This document shows positions 62,482 through 64,000 of a stretch of DNA of 64,000 bases, piece by piece. Source of the DNA: Pavona decussata (Eukaryota); NCBI GenBank assembly GCA_977016875.1, contig CDRNST010000067.1:3162001-3226000 (forward strand). Direction: 5' to 3'. The notes under the pieces are model-generated. The model ran no database searches. It worked only from the letters and a program-made list of their open reading frames with translations, and had not been told where the DNA came from. Positions within the stretch are counted from its first letter, which is position 1, and every line of letters begins with the position of its first letter. Both the position numbers and the translations under genes were made by a program.

Positions 62482-64000
62482 GTTAGCACTGGCAAGAACA
62501 GCGGCTCAAATAAGCACGACCAGACAGTGAACGAGCTTCGATTAGTAAGGACGATTCTAGAGCGGCTCGAGTGTTCGTATGCAAAACAGGAGGCCAGGCT
62601 GGAAAGACTGCTGAGTCTAGTCACAACACAGCCTTCCGAGCATCACAGTGTAGCACCACAGCAACACCAGAGCTGCTCTATACACCACCTATGCCCTTCA
62701 GACAGAAACCTGCTGAGACAAGAGTGACCTAGATCACACGCCTTGCATAACAGAACCTGACTGGGTGCTGGACGAGCTAATTCGACAAACGGACTTTGAT
62801 TCCGTAGGTATGAAAGTTTTTATGGCTTATGTTCACTGAAATTTTCTTGACATCTGAAGCCCGATTAAGGTAATTAATCCTGGATTAACGTTAACTTTGT
62901 TTCGAGTTTAATAACTAATCAATAAAGATTCTTCCAAAAGAGTTTTGGCTCTCAGTTTTGACTTAGACTTTCCTTTACCTTTAGCTTGAAATTAGGCTTT
63001 TAAAGAGTGAGATGAAAACCTTGATTAACTTTTAATTATAGATTAGTGTTAATCGGCTTTCGAACAACCTCAGGAATTCTATGTCCTCGCAATTTGACGA
63101 AACACATTGTTCACTGGTGTTTTGTTTATTATTCTAGTTATCAGAGAAAATCAAAGTCGGAGGAGTTGAAGAGGTCCAGTTAGCAAAAGTGGACTTTGAT
63201 TTTGTAACGGCAGTGACGAATCCAACCGTTATGGCCCTGCGGCTCGTCGACAAGCTATTTTCAAAGGAGGTCCTTACGAATTCCACAGTTCATGGCACCA
63301 AGGACTTCACTCCTCTGGATCACAGAATTATTACTGCAATCAAAGGTAAGCTAACAACACTACACCTGTTTTCATCCTTCAATATTCAATTCAAACAACA
63401 ATTTATTTTTACAAATTCAGAAAAAAAGTTCCTTGTCCCGCAAATAGCCACAAAGCTCGTCGAGGTGAGACAAGACGAGTACGAGAACATAAAGTAAAAT
63501 AAAAAAAATTACAAAACACGCTGGAAAAACGGAAAAGAAAAAATAGAGAAACTTAACTCTTACATAATAACGCAGATTTAGCTACCACTAGCAATATTTT
63601 TAAGAGTTGCCGTACAATATCCCGTTAATGCGAGATTCCTTTGTATAAAAATGATCAGAGGTAGAAGAACGCTTTTTTGTAAGAATGGACATGTGTAAAT
63701 GTGATATGGAAGAAAATGGAAATGGAAATGTGTAAGGAAGAGGTATTAAATTCGGTATGCTTCAGCCTGTGTATTATTTGGGTAATGCCCTGTGTAGCTG
63801 GCGGGATTATTTGAGTATTACTAAACTTGAGTACTCAACAAGAATTTTGTTTTGTTTCAGCGGAAGTGACAAGGAGCTTCGCCTACCAGTGCAGGGATAA
63901 AGAGGAACTTAACAGCATGTGGGAGTCATGTAAAATGAGCATGGGCAAACGCTGCCAAAACTTGAGAAAAAGTAGCGACAAACAAACTACGCAAGATTAA
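62482..64000 (+). CDS. Spliced BEN-domain protein with N-terminal coiled coil, probably degenerate (exons about 62482-62805, 63140-63345, 63861-64000)
   Basis: MALRLVDKLFSKEVLTNSTVHG...LDHRIITAIK | AEV...WESCKMSMGKRCQNLRK is BEN-like; GT-AG boundaries. Confidence 0.6.

Overview
This is animal genomic DNA: AT-rich, with spliceosomal GT-AG introns and two assembly gaps. The repeat repertoire looks anthozoan (stony-coral-like), but that is inference only. The window is almost entirely nested, mostly decayed transposable elements, and I could not support any intact host gene or RNA gene. Recognisable elements are: tyrosine-recombinase (Crypton-like) genes of two clades; a spliced Kolobok/Mutator-like transposase; ISL2EU-like and Harbinger transposases; a Ginger/KRBA2-like integrase; Penelope, CR1/L2-group and RTE retroelements; a full-length BEL/Pao LTR element with a CTAAC target-site duplication (TSD); and an Academ/DUF6589-like transposase carrying ankyrin repeats, next to a BEN-domain gene. 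The standout structure is at 17.3-33.1 kb: three diverged but homologous elements joined head-to-tail. Each boundary is a short telomere-like (TAACCC)n core, flanked by inverted, unit-specific 14-bp motifs. Unit 1 carries a zinc-finger/tyrosine-recombinase gene, unit 3 carries the truncated N-terminal part of a paralogue, and unit 2 carries different cargo. This suggests site-specific, tandemly accreting integrative elements in an animal genome.
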